In this document: in pieces, positions 37,322 to 50,001 of the stretch
Layout of the letters: the number at the start of each line of letters is the position of its first letter
Numbering within the stretch: the first letter of the stretch is position 1
Source: Lophium mytilinum
Lineage: Eukaryota
DNA: 64,000 nucleotides
Reading direction: 5' to 3'
Assembly: GCA_010093605.1 (NCBI GenBank)
Contig: MU004199.1
Location: forward strand, 248,001-312,000
Translations under genes and position numbers: made by a program
Notes under the pieces: model-generated
What the model saw: the letters and a program-made list of their open reading frames with translations, nothing else
Told to the model about the DNA's origin: nothing
Databases searched by the model: none

Positions 37322-38513
37322 ATGACCTACGCCGGAGCATTCGACAAGGGCGACCACATTGATACCGGAATCGGTGGCGCGCGCAAGATCAATCTAGATG
37401 CGAAGCAGGGCGATGGCGTTTTCTCCGAGATCCCAGTCATCGATCTGACGGATGCGGCGTCTCCGTCCTTGGAGGCCCGGAAGAAGGTCGCTCAAGAGAT
37501 ATACGATGCCTGTGTGAACGTGGGTTTCTTCTACATCAAGAATCACGGTGTGCCAGATGAAGTCATCAAGACCGTTAAGAATGAAGCGAAACGTTTCTTT
37601 CATGATTTGTCGGAGGACGATAAGATGGAGCTTGACATCTCTAAGAACACGGAGTTCTACGGGTATGCTCCCATCAAAGCCAAGCTAAGCGATGGGCAAG
37701 TCAAGAAGCGTGAGTAACTCTTAGACATCGACTGTTCCGGGATTCACTGCTTACATATGGTCTCAGGGATGTTCGAATCCATCAACTTTGGCTATGAGCC
37801 GTTAATGGACCCAGGCGCATCGGGTACGGTGGACAACGGGCCAAGCTTCTGGCCGGCTGAAGAGAAGCTCCCAAACTTCAAAGAAAACGTAGGGAAATAC
37901 TACTCTTCAGTGATGTCTCTATCGCGACAGCTGCTCCACCTCTTCGCTCTCGGCCTCGATCTGGAAGAAACCTTTTTCGACCAGTTCTGCAAGCGCCCTG
38001 GTGTTCTCCTGAAGCTGAATCATTATCCCGCCGCGGTGCCTGACAGCGCCGATAACGCTGGAATCGCTGCCCACAGCGATCTCGAGAGTACGTTCCCGAG
38101 CTCAATCCCTCCGCGTTGAATCTGTATTGATCATCGCAGGCTTCACCATACTGCTTCAAGACGACGTAAAGTCGCTCGAGGTTCTCTCTAAAGACGGTAC
38201 CTGGATCTCAGCGGATCCCATCCCAGGCACCTTTGTCGTGAACATTGGCGATGCAATGAGCATGTGGACGAACGACCTTTTCCTTAGCACCATCCATCGC
38301 GCCTACAACAAGGAAGGCAAGGTCAGGTACTCTGTCCCTTTCTTCTTTGGTGCGGACTATGATGCCGTTATGGAAACGCTGCCGAGTTGTGTTGATGAGG
38401 CGAGGCCGCTGAAGTATAAGCCTATTACTGCTGGAGCGCATGTGAGGATGAGGTTGAATATGACGTATCCGAAACAAAAGGAGGAGGCTCAGCCGGAAGG
38501 TATCAAAACTTGA
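37322..38513 (+). CDS. 2-oxoglutarate/Fe(II)-dependent dioxygenase (DIOX_N + 2OG-FeII_Oxy, IPNS-like), 3 exons
   Basis: IPVIDL..ACVNVGFFYIKNHGV, LKLNHYP, HSD, VVNIGD, HRA and RYSVPFF motifs. Introns at ~37710-37766 and ~38088-38139. Confidence 0.92.
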
Positions 38514-38998
38514 AGAACCGACACCTGCAGAAAAGAGGCGGAAGGATGACCATGGTGCATTACTGATATAAAAGGAAGAAGGTTGACACTGATTTGGCAT
38601 CGGGCTTTCTTTTGGAACTTGTACGTATGTTCGTGATGAGATACTCTGACGGCATTTGGTAGTCGTCACCTCGAAATCGAGACTTCTGGGAACATGTTCA
38701 ATCACCAATGCAACTAGTCCTTTTACTTGAAATTAAGGTCTAACGTCTTTTCCTTCTTGTACGTGATTGACACGAGTCTTGTGCGAGCTGTACAGTGACA
38801 AGCCCTAGTCTATGCACTCTGGTTCGCCGATACTTGGGGTGCCCTCCATAGCATTCCGAAGGTTGAAAGGTGATGTCAATTTCTCAGCCGCGCAGATTAC
38901 ACTGCTTCTTGACTAGCGGCCTATTGAGTAGCCAGGCCACCCCTTACGTTGGTGTCGATTGAGCAAGATTGGAGCCAAAAAGCCGTCACCTGGCACCC

Positions 38999-40511
38999 CT
39001 AGGCCAACAAATCTGCCTTCTTGAAACCTTCGTATTCAGGTCCCCTCTCATTCCACCACTCGCTCTCCTCTTTCCCTTCAAGGTTCACCCAGATCGGCTT
39101 CTGCGAATGCATACTCCCACCATGACCAGTACGCGGTCTCGGTTTCCTCACGCTGTGGCCTTCCGGCCACTCGTACCCCACCGTATCAAGCCATTGCTCC
39201 GACGTCGCCGACGTATGATCCCAGTGTCTGTCCACCGTCATAATCATCTCTTCCACTTCTGTCCCAGGTGTCCTGCGCATATACACACGAATGTCACAAG
39301 CACACCCAAAGACTCGCGGGCGGGAACCTGGCAGTCCCCAGTCAATCATCTCACAGTCCATGCTTGCCGCATCCGATATCCACGCCCCCTGTGCGGGCGT
39401 AAAGTCCACCTCGTCGGTCAATCGGTGGTGCCATTGCAAACACGCCGGGTTGCCCACACGATCATGCGTGCATCCGCGCTCCTCTTTCCGCCACCACTTC
39501 AGTAAACCGCTGTTCCTCTCCTTCACTAACATGCCGACGAGGTTCTGGATGATGGGGTCGCACAGGCTAAGGTGCGGACAGAGTGGTTCGTCGAACGTCG
39601 CCAGCACTTCTTTGAGCGCGGCCATGTCGATTATGTCTCCCTTTGATACACTCGCCAGTGAGAACGCAGTCTCGGCATACACCCTCGCTGAACCCCATAA
39701 TTTTGGGCATTTGCGCAGCGATTCGGGCCAGTGTGGGGCGGCGTGGCTGGTATCTTGACACTGGAAGCCGCGGGATGTGAGGCCCTTCTGGACTTCGTCG
39801 TATGTGAAGCTGTGGTGCGCGCAGAGTCTGACTTTCCCTCCCATGGGGACGCAGCGACGACGTAAGGAGTTGGGCGAGGCGCGTTGGTCGGCGGAAAAGA
39901 GAGACGCGGGGTGCCGGGTATGGCAGGCGCTGCACCATATACGCATTCCGGGCTTCACTGGTTGAGCCTTGTCCAACTCTGCGATTTCCGGGCTATGCTC
40001 ATTAAGTGGGAAGAAGCCGGCCGGCGGGACGAAGACGTGCGAGAGGCGTTGCGAGGTTTGGCGGAGGAGGAGCTTGGCGTATGGTGATAGATGGGTTCCA
40101 GTCATAAGGAGGATTTCGTTCGGTAGTTGGTAAAGGGGTGTTGCGGCATTGTGGATAGCAGCCTCTTGCTGTTTAAAATACCATTTTGGCTTTGTTATAC
40201 GCTGGAGAAGGCTTGGGCCTCCTCTAGAGACTTGGGATCCTTGCACTGTGGGCTGCTGGAGAAGTTGTGTGCCTGGTCGCATGAGGCAGGAAAGAACCGA
40301 GGAAATCCTCCGATATGCACGCCAAAGGATGTTAGGAGGCGTTTTGGGTGAAGCATCGGGAGAGTCCTGATGATTTACAAAGAGTAGTAAGCATAAACGT
40401 GTGCGTATTGAGAACTTGGGAAGAATTACATACTGTTGGCGTTGCATCTGACATATCTGTCATACAAATGCCTACTTCCTTGGGCGCAGTGGCTGGTGTT
40501 GAACATTTCAT
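38999..40511 (-). CDS. F-box protein with a Cys/His-rich fungal-specific domain (paralogue 1); exons 40511-40434 and 40366-38999
   Basis: LYQLPNEILLMTGTHL...LRQTSQRL F-box and WCSACHTRHP..LFS..QR...RRCV...RLCAH. Phase-0 GTATGT..CAG intron. The exact start ATG is uncertain. Confidence 0.75.
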
Positions 40512-41666
40512 GTCGGCAATCGATTTTAGCAATGTTTTTGAGAAGGCGAGGGTGCAGATTTCAGTAGTTTACGCGGTGTCTTATAGTTCGATTTATTGAG
40601 TTAAGTGTGACGTGTCGCCTTTGACATCACATCTGGTTATCGTATATGCTACCATGGTAAGTATGCTTGTATACCCTGGAAATCTTCGTTCTGCTAAGCT
40701 TTCGTGGAGCCAGAAATGGATGTAAGTCACGAGACACGGCCACTGCAACCAATCTACCACTACTCAGGTACGCTATGGCTATTGGCCCACTAACTACCTC
40801 CTAAGTAGCTTGTTAGGTTAAACCCATCGAATCGCATCGCTCAGGCCTTGTTCTTATTTGAGAAGTACTTCATCGAATATAATCGACCCAATGGAAATAT
40901 CAGGTGATATCCACGTGCAAATTCGACCACCGCCTTCCAATACTGACCAAGCAGTATAAAGGCCAGGCCTCACAACAAATCCTATGCTCTCCACAGATTC
41001 TGGGGCATGGTCTTTGGGTAGGTGGTTAAACGCGACATGGCAAACAGCGCCATGGAGAAATTGAACTAGTGCAGAGAAGACGTTCGATGACTGTGGATCA
41101 ACAACTGAAGAAGCCTTTTCTTATGGGAATTGGAGTGGGTTTGGAGCTTTGGAGGCACTTGATGATACAGCGTACGATTGAGCGCGGTAGTGAAGAGTGG
41201 CGTCTCATGAGGGAGATAGAGGTCATCATCGTCAGATAGGCCACGCCCTCGCTCCATTGGTAGTCATCCTGCATGGTTTTCAACGACACCCGACCGCCCC
41301 ATTTTCTATACCCGCGTTACTGTTTATAATCTCCATCTTTCCTCTGCAGCTACCACCACGCTGCTGAGTGTCTATAGTCTCTCATTGGTCTAGGTCTCGC
41401 TGCATAGTTTATTCTAGGTCCTAGAGGACGTCGATGAGAAAGATATTATCGAGTAAGGGGTCGAGAGAAATCTTAACACCTCTCGAAAGGCCATTGCACG
41501 TGTAGTTCACATGACCCACGTGCTGGAAACCGACGATGGAGTCTCAATCTGATAACCTGCTACCTACTCTGGCAGTCTTTCGAACAGTAATCCATCCAAG
41601 AGTAATCCATCCACGCCTCAATGCGTCAATCGACCGGCCGGTCAATCCGCACCTAGTTAATCAAGT

Positions 41667-43104
41667 CTAATCCAGACCCTCCTGATCCAGACCCTCCTGA
41701 TCCAGACCCTCACGCTGCATAAGTTCAGCCCAACTGACCTGGACTGGCTTTGCTGAACCGGGAACAGCATGAAATCCCCGCATTCCGCTCCGAGGTCTTC
41801 CAATAACACCTCCGGGGCCGTAACCAATCATATCCATCCAATCCTGATCCATGCTCTTATGCGTCCATTTCCTACAAACTTCCATAATGACCTCCTCTAC
41901 ATCCGAACCCGGCAGGCGGCGCAAAAACACTTTGATTTCACAAGGACATCCCCATACATATTGCCTGCGACAGTCCATTTTCCACCAGTCGGAAATCCAT
42001 GCGCCTTGAGATGGCAAGAAGTCATTTTCGTTTGTCGACACATGCCATTGACAGCAGGCCGTACTCGTGATGCTGCCGACAGGGGGGTCATGGACGCAGG
42101 GGGTTCCTTCCGAACGATACCATTTGAGCTGGCCCGTGTCTCTTGCGTGGATAAGCTTACTGACGAGATTGAAGATGATGGGATCGTATACGCTCAGGTG
42201 CATACAGATCGGCTCAGTAGATTCGCTCAGTACCGCCGCCAATCTGTGGTTGGAGACTGTGTATCCCTGTGGAATGGTGATGATCGGTATCCAGGACTTC
42301 ATCTGGGCCTCATGCTCTCGAGAACATATTTTGAAGGTTGGGCGCCAGTGGTCAGGCCAGTGAGTGAAGTTGTGGGTAGCATCTTCGCACTGGATCATCC
42401 ATTCTCCATGCACGGACTTTGCAATTTGGGAAAAGGTAAGCCACTGGTGTTCGCAGATCCGGATGGCTTCGTTCATTCCGACGCAGCGGCGTTCGAGGGG
42501 CGGACGGGTCCTCTGCGTTGCGGAGAAGAGGTTCGATGCGTGCCGCCTTTCGCATGCGTTGCACCAAACGCGAGCACTTTGTGGGGTTTCCAGCCACACA
42601 CTCTCCGGGTTGAACTCGTCGAGAGGAAAGGTTCCCGCGAATAACGTGAAAATATCCATCATTTTTTGGCACGTCTGATGCATAGCCATGTTGGAAGCGG
42701 GAGACAGGTAGGCGCGGGTCATTAGGAGGAGCTCGGTGGGTAGTTGATGAATAGATGCTTCGGTGGCGTTGTGAAGCGCCGCCGCCTGTTGTTTGCGATC
42801 GGTGTATGTTCTCTTGTCGCGATGGATAGTAGCAGCTGGAACTTGGCTGGACGCCTGTCGCGAGTTGGGTTCCCCAGGTCTGGTTATGCTTTGCCAGGTG
42901 CGGTGTGGTTTCAGTGCCAAAAGACGCAAAGGAAGCCGACAGGCGTTTCTAAGAGCCACTTGCAGGAAGTTCGAAGCATGTTCTTCAGCCGCGGAGGTCT
43001 CCTAGACATCTGATATTAGCGACAAAGACGCAGAAACTGAAAGCGTTCACCCGGCGTGTCAAATGGTAGAGGAAAGAGACCTAACGTACTGGTTTGCTCG
43101 ACAT
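41667..43104 (-). CDS. F-box protein (paralogue 2); exons 43104-43090 and 43001-41667
   Basis: IHQLPTELLLMTRAYL..MHQTCQKM F-box, WCNACERRH..LFS..QR..ERRCV..RICEH. ACAATG start with a phase-0 GTACGT..GCTAAT..TAG intron. Ends in 15-bp repeats (EGLDQ). Confidence 0.75.
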
Positions 43105-43899
43105 TGTTATTGCAAGCTTAAGCTTTGGAGAAGAGGCTTTCCCACAAGACGTATGCAGCGAATAGCTACACTGTGCGGTCCGCCAAGTTGGAAGATGGCG
43201 GAATCAAGGCGCTGTTAGAGCTCGGTATGGAATAAGAGACAGCGTAATGTGAGTATTGTTGCCGAGAGGAAAATCGCTAGTTCCGCGGAGATATGCAAGG
43301 CAGCTGTTGAGTTTTTTTGAAAGAAAGAGCCCAGCGGCTAAGAAGAGAATTTGGACAAGTTGTGGGTTGAAGCGGTCAGACGTATCCATGGGTCAGATAT
43401 TTGGGGACCAGGCTTGAGTCTGATTCGAGAGTGGGCACGTGAGCCGGGCAGTTGAACCAATGGTTGCAAAGTGGCAAATCGCGTGACTAAGCTTGGCGTT
43501 GGTAGCTGCCGTGGTTCGAGGGCTCAAATCGAGAGTGTGCATACTGTTCAAAGTGGCACGTGAATCTGTGCGCCAGGATCTATAAGAAGTGAGTTCTTAG
43601 ACAAAGTGTCCAAATCGATTAGGGATGACCTTGACAATAGCAAGACTGAAGCGCTAATCGTGTAAAGCTTCGGATGAGTAACAAGATCCGAAGAGTTTTG
43701 GTGTTTCGAGCGGCAGGTTAATAGTAGCGGCAACAGTGAGTTTGATTGAGTAGCGGCATCCAAATCAGATTCGAGATTCCATCGGATAGCTGATGTAATA
43801 GGTCGATCGAATAAGCAGCTTGATAGCGAGTTGTGACCTTTGGGTTGTAGAGTTCGAATGAAGAGCGGGATTAGAGAAAGTTGGATGCGTGACTTTGAC

Positions 43900-45750
43900 T
43901 AAGCAGCATAATCGAAACGAAGGTCGCGGTAATGTGAGCAGCGGACTAATACTAAGTAGTAGAATTAAATTGAGTAGCTAACTCGTATTAAGGGGTGGGA
44001 TAAACTTGAGCGGCTAAACAAGGTAGAGTTGAGTAGCAGGATAGAATTGAGAAACGTTACTGTATATAAGTTGAGCAGTGGGATTAGGTTTAGTAGCTGG
44101 ATCAATTTAAGCAGCATGATTCAGTTAAGTATCAGCAGCAAGTGAGCAGCAGACCCCAACTGAGCGGAAGGACGAATTTAAGCGGAGGGTCGTGGTCGAT
44201 CTTTACAGCGAGATTAAGTTAAACAATAGAATTAAGGTAGTATTTAGCGGCATCGTTAAGCAGCGGGATTAAGTTGAGGCGGGATTAAGCTAAGCAGCGG
44301 GATTAAGTAGATTGAGTTGAGCAGCGGGATTAAACTAAGCAGCGGGATTAAACTAAGCAGCGGGATTAAACTAAGCAGCGGGATTAAATAGATTAAGTTA
44401 AGCAGTAGAATTAAGCTAAGCAGCGGGATTAAGTAGATTAAGCTAAGTAGCGGGATTAAATAGATTAAGTCGAGCAGTAGAATTAAGCTAAGCAGCAGGA
44501 TTAAACTAAGTAGTAGGATTAAACTAAGTAGCGGGATTAAACTAAGCAGCAGGATTAAACTAAGCAGCGGGATTAAATAGATTAAGTTAAGCAGCAGGAT
44601 TAAGCTAAGTAGCGGGATTAAATAGATTAAGTTAAGTAGTAGAATTAAGCTAAGCAGCAGGATTAAGTAGATTAAGCTAAGCAGCGGGATTAAATAGATT
44701 AAGTCGAGTAGCAGGATTAAGCTAAGCAGCGGGATTAAACTAAGCAGCGGGATTAAACTAAGTAGTAGGATTAAACTAAGTAGCGGGATTAAGTAGATTA
44801 AGCTAAGTAGCGGGATTAAATAGATTAAGCTAAGCGGCAGAATTAAGTAGATTAAGTTAAGTAGCGGGGTTAATTTAAGCAATAGGATTAAGTTAAGCAG
44901 TAGACTTAAGTTAAGCAGTAGAATAAGACTAAGTAGCTAAGTTTAAGTAGCTAAGTTTAAGCAGCTAAGTTTTAGCAGCGGGATTGCGTTGGGCAGTGCA
45001 ATAAGATTAAGCAGCGGGATTGCGTTTAGCAGTGGAATAAGAATAAGCAGCAATTGCGTAGAGCAGTGGACTCAAGTTAAGCAGTGGAATAAGATTAAGC
45101 AGCTGAGATTAAGCAGCGGGATTGCGTTGGATAGCAGAATGAGATTGAGCAGCGTAGTTTAGACAACAGGATCGGTTTAAGCAGCGGGATCGAGTTAAGC
45201 AGCAATTGCGTAGAGCACTGGACTCAGGTTAAGCAGTGTAATAAGATGGAGCAGCCTAGGTTAAGCAACAGGATCGAGCTAAGCAGCGGGATAAGACTAA
45301 GTAACCGAGTTTAAGCAGCTGTATTGCATAGAGAAGTATACTCCACTTAAACCGAGAATAAGCAGCCTAGTTTAAGCTGCAGGATCGGCTTAACCACCGG
45401 GATCGAGATAACTACAGTAACAGGCCACAAGTCTAGGCACGCTGGTTCGCCACTGCTTAGAATACCCCCCAACAGGCTCTCGAAGACTCAATATCTATAG
45501 CAAGCGTCAAGCAGTATAAATCATACTGCATTTTGACTAACCAGCTGCTCAGCAGCCAGGCTACCCCAAACAACGGTGTCAAGTAAGCAAACTGGAGCCG
45601 CGCCGTAATGAGTCTATGTGCCCAGACTTATAGCTTAGTACTGTAGCGGAATCGAGTTAATCAGCGGATTGAGTTAACCAGCGGGATGACGTTTAATTGC
45701 TAGGAAAAAGTCAGCATTGGAATTCCAGCTAAACATGATTAAGCTGAACA
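43900..45750. repeat. 18-bp minisatellite (AAGCAGCGGGATTAARYT with 9-bp AGATTAAGT inserts); homogeneous RIP-mutated core ~44256-44900 with degenerate flanks
   Basis: Dozens of direct copies. Flank copies keep GCAGCGGGATCGAGTT, while core copies differ by C>T and G>A changes. Confidence 0.95.
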
Positions 45751-46169
45751 TACAACACTAGTAGCGTGAAGTTTCGAATTGTATGGATCTGTCTTAGCTT
45801 GGCCGGTACGTAGATGTAACCGGTTAATAGACCCCCGCACTCGCCCATTAATGATTATGAGCTTCGATGAAGTGCAGATCCGTTCGCGGGGGGAAGAGGC
45901 GGAATCTACGTCAATGACGGTCCATGACCCTCTCCGGATTGTGAGACACTACCGCTTCCACAGCGGCTTGCTCTTGTGCTCAGGCAATCCTACACCTTGG
46001 GCCGCTGCTCTACCCGAAGGTGTGCCTCTTTGGGCACTTTGGAAGCGACGAGGTATCCGACGTACGGTCGACGCTGTGGCTTGAAGCGGTCTTTCTGGGC
46101 GTGGTGTGGCCTCAATAGGCTTCTCCTAAGTGCCTCCAGATGCTGAACCGGTAGGGGCAGCCTCTCAAT

Positions 46170-46950
46170 GGGCCGGCGACGCTGGGCCTTGCCGCCACCT
46201 TTCGAAGCCGTTGGATGCTGCCTCTGACCAACGGGAGACACCGGCTGGGGTGTCCCGACCTGCTATTTGTGTCGCCAAATCGTAAATATACCAGTGGACA
46301 GGAGAACGTCCTGTGGTGCCCCAATTCCGTAAACGTAAGTTCAAATTCTACTTCAACGTCGGTGTAAATAAGACGCTCTTCAGCACTACATTTTACCACA
46401 ATTTCCACGCCTCCCTGAGGTGCTCCTTACGCTGGCAAGTCTTTCTTAGCCTTCCTCCAGTCGTTCGGGGCTACGCCTAGCGCATGGAAGACACCGGCTG
46501 GGGTGGCCCGACCTGCTATTCGTGTCGCTAAAACGTAACTATACAAGTGGATACGAGAACGTCCTGTGGCGCCCCAGTTCGGTAAACGTATGTTCAAATT
46601 GTACTTCAACTTCTATGTGAATTAGTCGCTCTTTAGCAATACATTTCACCACAATTTTCACGTGTCCCCGAGATACTCCTTACGCTGGCAAGTCTTCCTG
46701 AGCCTTCTCTAAGTCTTTCGGGGCTATGCCTGGCACATAGTGGACACTGGCAGGGGTGTTCCAGCTTGGTATCCCCATTGTCAATAACGATCTGTACATA
46801 AGTATGAGGAAACGTTCTGTGGCGCCCTAGATTGGTAAGCGTGTGTTCAAAACGTAGCTCGATATCTTTTTGATACATAAATCATAAAGATGACATCCTA
46901 TCCTGATTTTCCCGTTTCCCTGAGGCGCTCTTGCCACTGGCAAGCCTGTG
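46170..46950. repeat. Degenerate tandem array, 253-bp period, 3 units
   Basis: ACACYGGCWGGGGTG at 46238, 46491 and 46744. AACGTYCTGTGGYGCCC and CTCCTTACGCTGGCAAG are repeated. Confidence 0.9.
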
Positions 46951-49900
46951 CAAAAGTCAACTGTAAGACATGTGTGTGTATCATATTGCGAGGTATTTTG
47001 TATTATCTTCCGAATTATTGGGGTACATCGGGGCCCTCTTCACACCATTAGATCGATGAGAATAAACCGCGTTTCTAGTTGATCGATGCGGCTAAGAAAA
47101 TTTTGAGCTCGCGCAATGAGTTACCTGATTTTGTCCGCACAGCTGGCATTGTCTGAGGTTTTGTAATTATTCTTCTGCTCTGTGGATGAGGATGAGTTTT
47201 GATGGAAAGAGGACTGTTGTGTTGGGCTGTGAGTTCCCTCGGGTCGTCCGTATCAGCTACCAACTGTCATAGACGTCGTGCTGGCCCTCACGAATACTGG
47301 GGGACGTATTAGCACGTCGTCACGATGTGTGACTTCAAAGTGGTGTGAACCAATATATTGAGTGAATTAGTAGTGGAGGATATGATTGCGGGCTAAAAGC
47401 CCTAATTGTAGTAAACTCTTGTAGTATGAACTATGTAAGAAAGGGAGTATATACAGGGTTGCCTTGGGGGTAAAAATGACGTTGGAATATACTCCAAACG
47501 TCCGTATTTACACCATATCGAGCCCGCAATCAGGATAGGCCTCAAGCACGGTGTAACTAGGTAGTTCTTGTCCAGTTCTTCTTTTCTTGACCTACCGCAG
47601 TCTGCCCTGCTTGACAATGAGCGTCCTCAAAAGGCCAGAGAAAAAAGTCCTTGAACTACTATCCGTGTTGTCAAACGTCAACTCAACCTCAAGTGGATTG
47701 AACCTCCTGTGGTGTCCCTGTACGGTATCCGTGTTGTCAAGTCGAACTCTTTGCGGCATGGAGACAACACGCTCTTCCTCGCCCCTCACACGAGGCTGTG
47801 GTGGCACATGAGGCCACCTTAGGCTATGCGCGCACCACAGCTTTAAGCTCGCCGAACTGCCACTAGATATGCGGAACGGCTCCGCGAGCTCCAATTGCAG
47901 CCATGCCAGCCACCAAGTCCCGCACTGGTCGAAGGAGCAGTAGCAGGCGTCTTTGCTAGGCCACCCAGAAAACATCATCGCGGGGTTTTTAGGCAAAGGG
48001 TTTGAGATATAGAGGAAGGAGTATAGTCTGTAGGGAGCATCGGCATGTTTTAGCAGAACTTTAAGAGAGTGCAGGGACTTAGCATGTGAGGTGGTATTTG
48101 GACCGCGCGACTGTTTGGAGAGAGTACCAAATTATTGCTGTGAGACTCTCTCTGGCTTCTCAGCAACGTTGTGATGTCTTCTGCGAACCCTCTGGGCCTT
48201 CATGCGGACATCCAGTCTACAGCGTAATTCGGAAAATCGTCCACGTAGCATGAAGATCCCACCAGGTTTTCTTATACCTACTTATGCAGAAGGGTCGCTA
48301 ACAAGACTATTATTAAGAACACAAACGTCGTAAGAACATGACCGCCTTGTGCATGTAATCATCCTAAGAATGCCACTGTTTCAAGAAATTGGCGCAAAGG
48401 CAAGTGCATGAATATCACGCACGTGAATAAGACCAATTGCACATGCACTTTCTTCTCCCCTCTTTTTTGGAAGTATGAACTCTCCTCTGGGGTGACCTCG
48501 ATATCTTCTCTAACTCAGAGACTTCGCTAGATTCTCGATGTGAGCAAACTATACCTTCTGTCTGCGGGATGAGCAACTTCGGGGGCTCAGCTGTAGGTGC
48601 AAAACAAGACATACGGACAAATGATGGGGCGAGTGCGCGGTCCAGATGACGATGCTGACCGCCATGCGGCCTGATAGATACTAATCACTACCGCTCTCCG
48701 ATTCCAGTGCTCCGAGAAACTCACGCCAGCTCCCATGTTATGAATGGCAGCACGTTGTTGATCCACAGTCATGAAGTCGTGCTTCGGGCCAGTCCAAACA
48801 CTCCATGTGTCGTTCTTCCAAGATTAGTTTAAACGCCAACGCGAGACCCGTATCCAACTCTTCCTGAAGAACAGGAAATCCAGTCCGAGGACTTGCTTTT
48901 ATACTGCTTGCTTAGGCGGCGGTCGTGTCTGCACGTGTTCTCCACGTGATATTTTTACTCGGCCAATGATCTCTGCTTAAGATCTATGCACTTTCAGCCC
49001 GGTGCAATCAAGGAGTTGGTGGATACATTAGGTAGCACGCCGTGTCGTACGCCTCTAACTAACTCCCTTGGCAGCTAAATAATGGAATGTCATGCGATCA
49101 GCACACATCAGCTTCATATAAGATCTATTTGCATACTTAAACCTAGGTTGTACGCTTTGCATCGTCAAGTACTCTTAACTATTCAAGTCTAGGTTGGTAA
49201 CACTCATCTCGCAAACATGCCCTGAACGATGCCGCCCGAGCGGCTTAGTCAAGATCGACTTCATGGACAGGGGTTAGGCCCCTGTCGATCGCTAAAAGCA
49301 CCACACTCAGCCCAGTGCTACATAATCTATATTAGACCAAGCGGCACCTATTCTAGGTTCTTTACTTCTCAACCGGGTCGCTTGTCCCACAGTATTTGTC
49401 CGCTGTGTGACCGATTTGATTCTCCACTTCTTGATTGGCGTCCTGAAGCAAGATCCGCGAGATTCAGGGCGGATTACTGACCATACGGTACCACCCTTTC
49501 CCTGCGTCATCATCCCAGCAGCATGGATGTGTGGCATCAGCAAGATCCACAATGCTTTGAATCCCGAGCCGCGATCTTGATGTCTCTCTCGACGTGTGAT
49601 TGACTAGACCGTTGGGCGGAATTAGCGACGTTGATCGCGAGGCTGCGTCTATGCGGGCTGGATCTTACCATCGTGAATTTCAGTCTACGGCAAGCCTAGC
49701 TACTCTGGGCGTCATATTAATCTAAGAGAATAGCCATTAGCACTTCATACGGCAAGCAACTCGTCGTGGTCCCTAGGCTAGGTTCACGAGACACAAAGAC
49801 GGGACTTGAAAAGTCTCTTCACCTATTCTCATCCCACTGCTTACTAGGTCGAGAAGTATATGAGCCATGTGTTCCTTATGTTATTTTCTCTCCAGCTACC

Positions 49901-50001
49901 TATTTGTACGCACGCTTCCAGTTTCGTTGCTCTTCTTTGATCTTCTCTGACTCTTTCCGTTTATTGGGACGACTTCTTTCCACCCATTGTGATTTCTCAA
50001 G

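Noticed and set aside
42850..42959. Mitochondrial presequence on F-box paralogue 2 (MALRNACRLPLRLL...)
   Set aside because: That start is GTG. The spliced model from ATG 43104 begins MSSKPETSAAEEH, which is not presequence-like.
43500..43530. B-box-like GGTTCGAG suggesting a tRNA or SINE
   Set aside because: No cloverleaf could be built around it.
44256..44882. 208-aa Leu/Ile-rich ORF as a membrane or LRR protein
   Set aside because: It starts at TTG and is a pure translation of the mutated 18-bp minisatellite.
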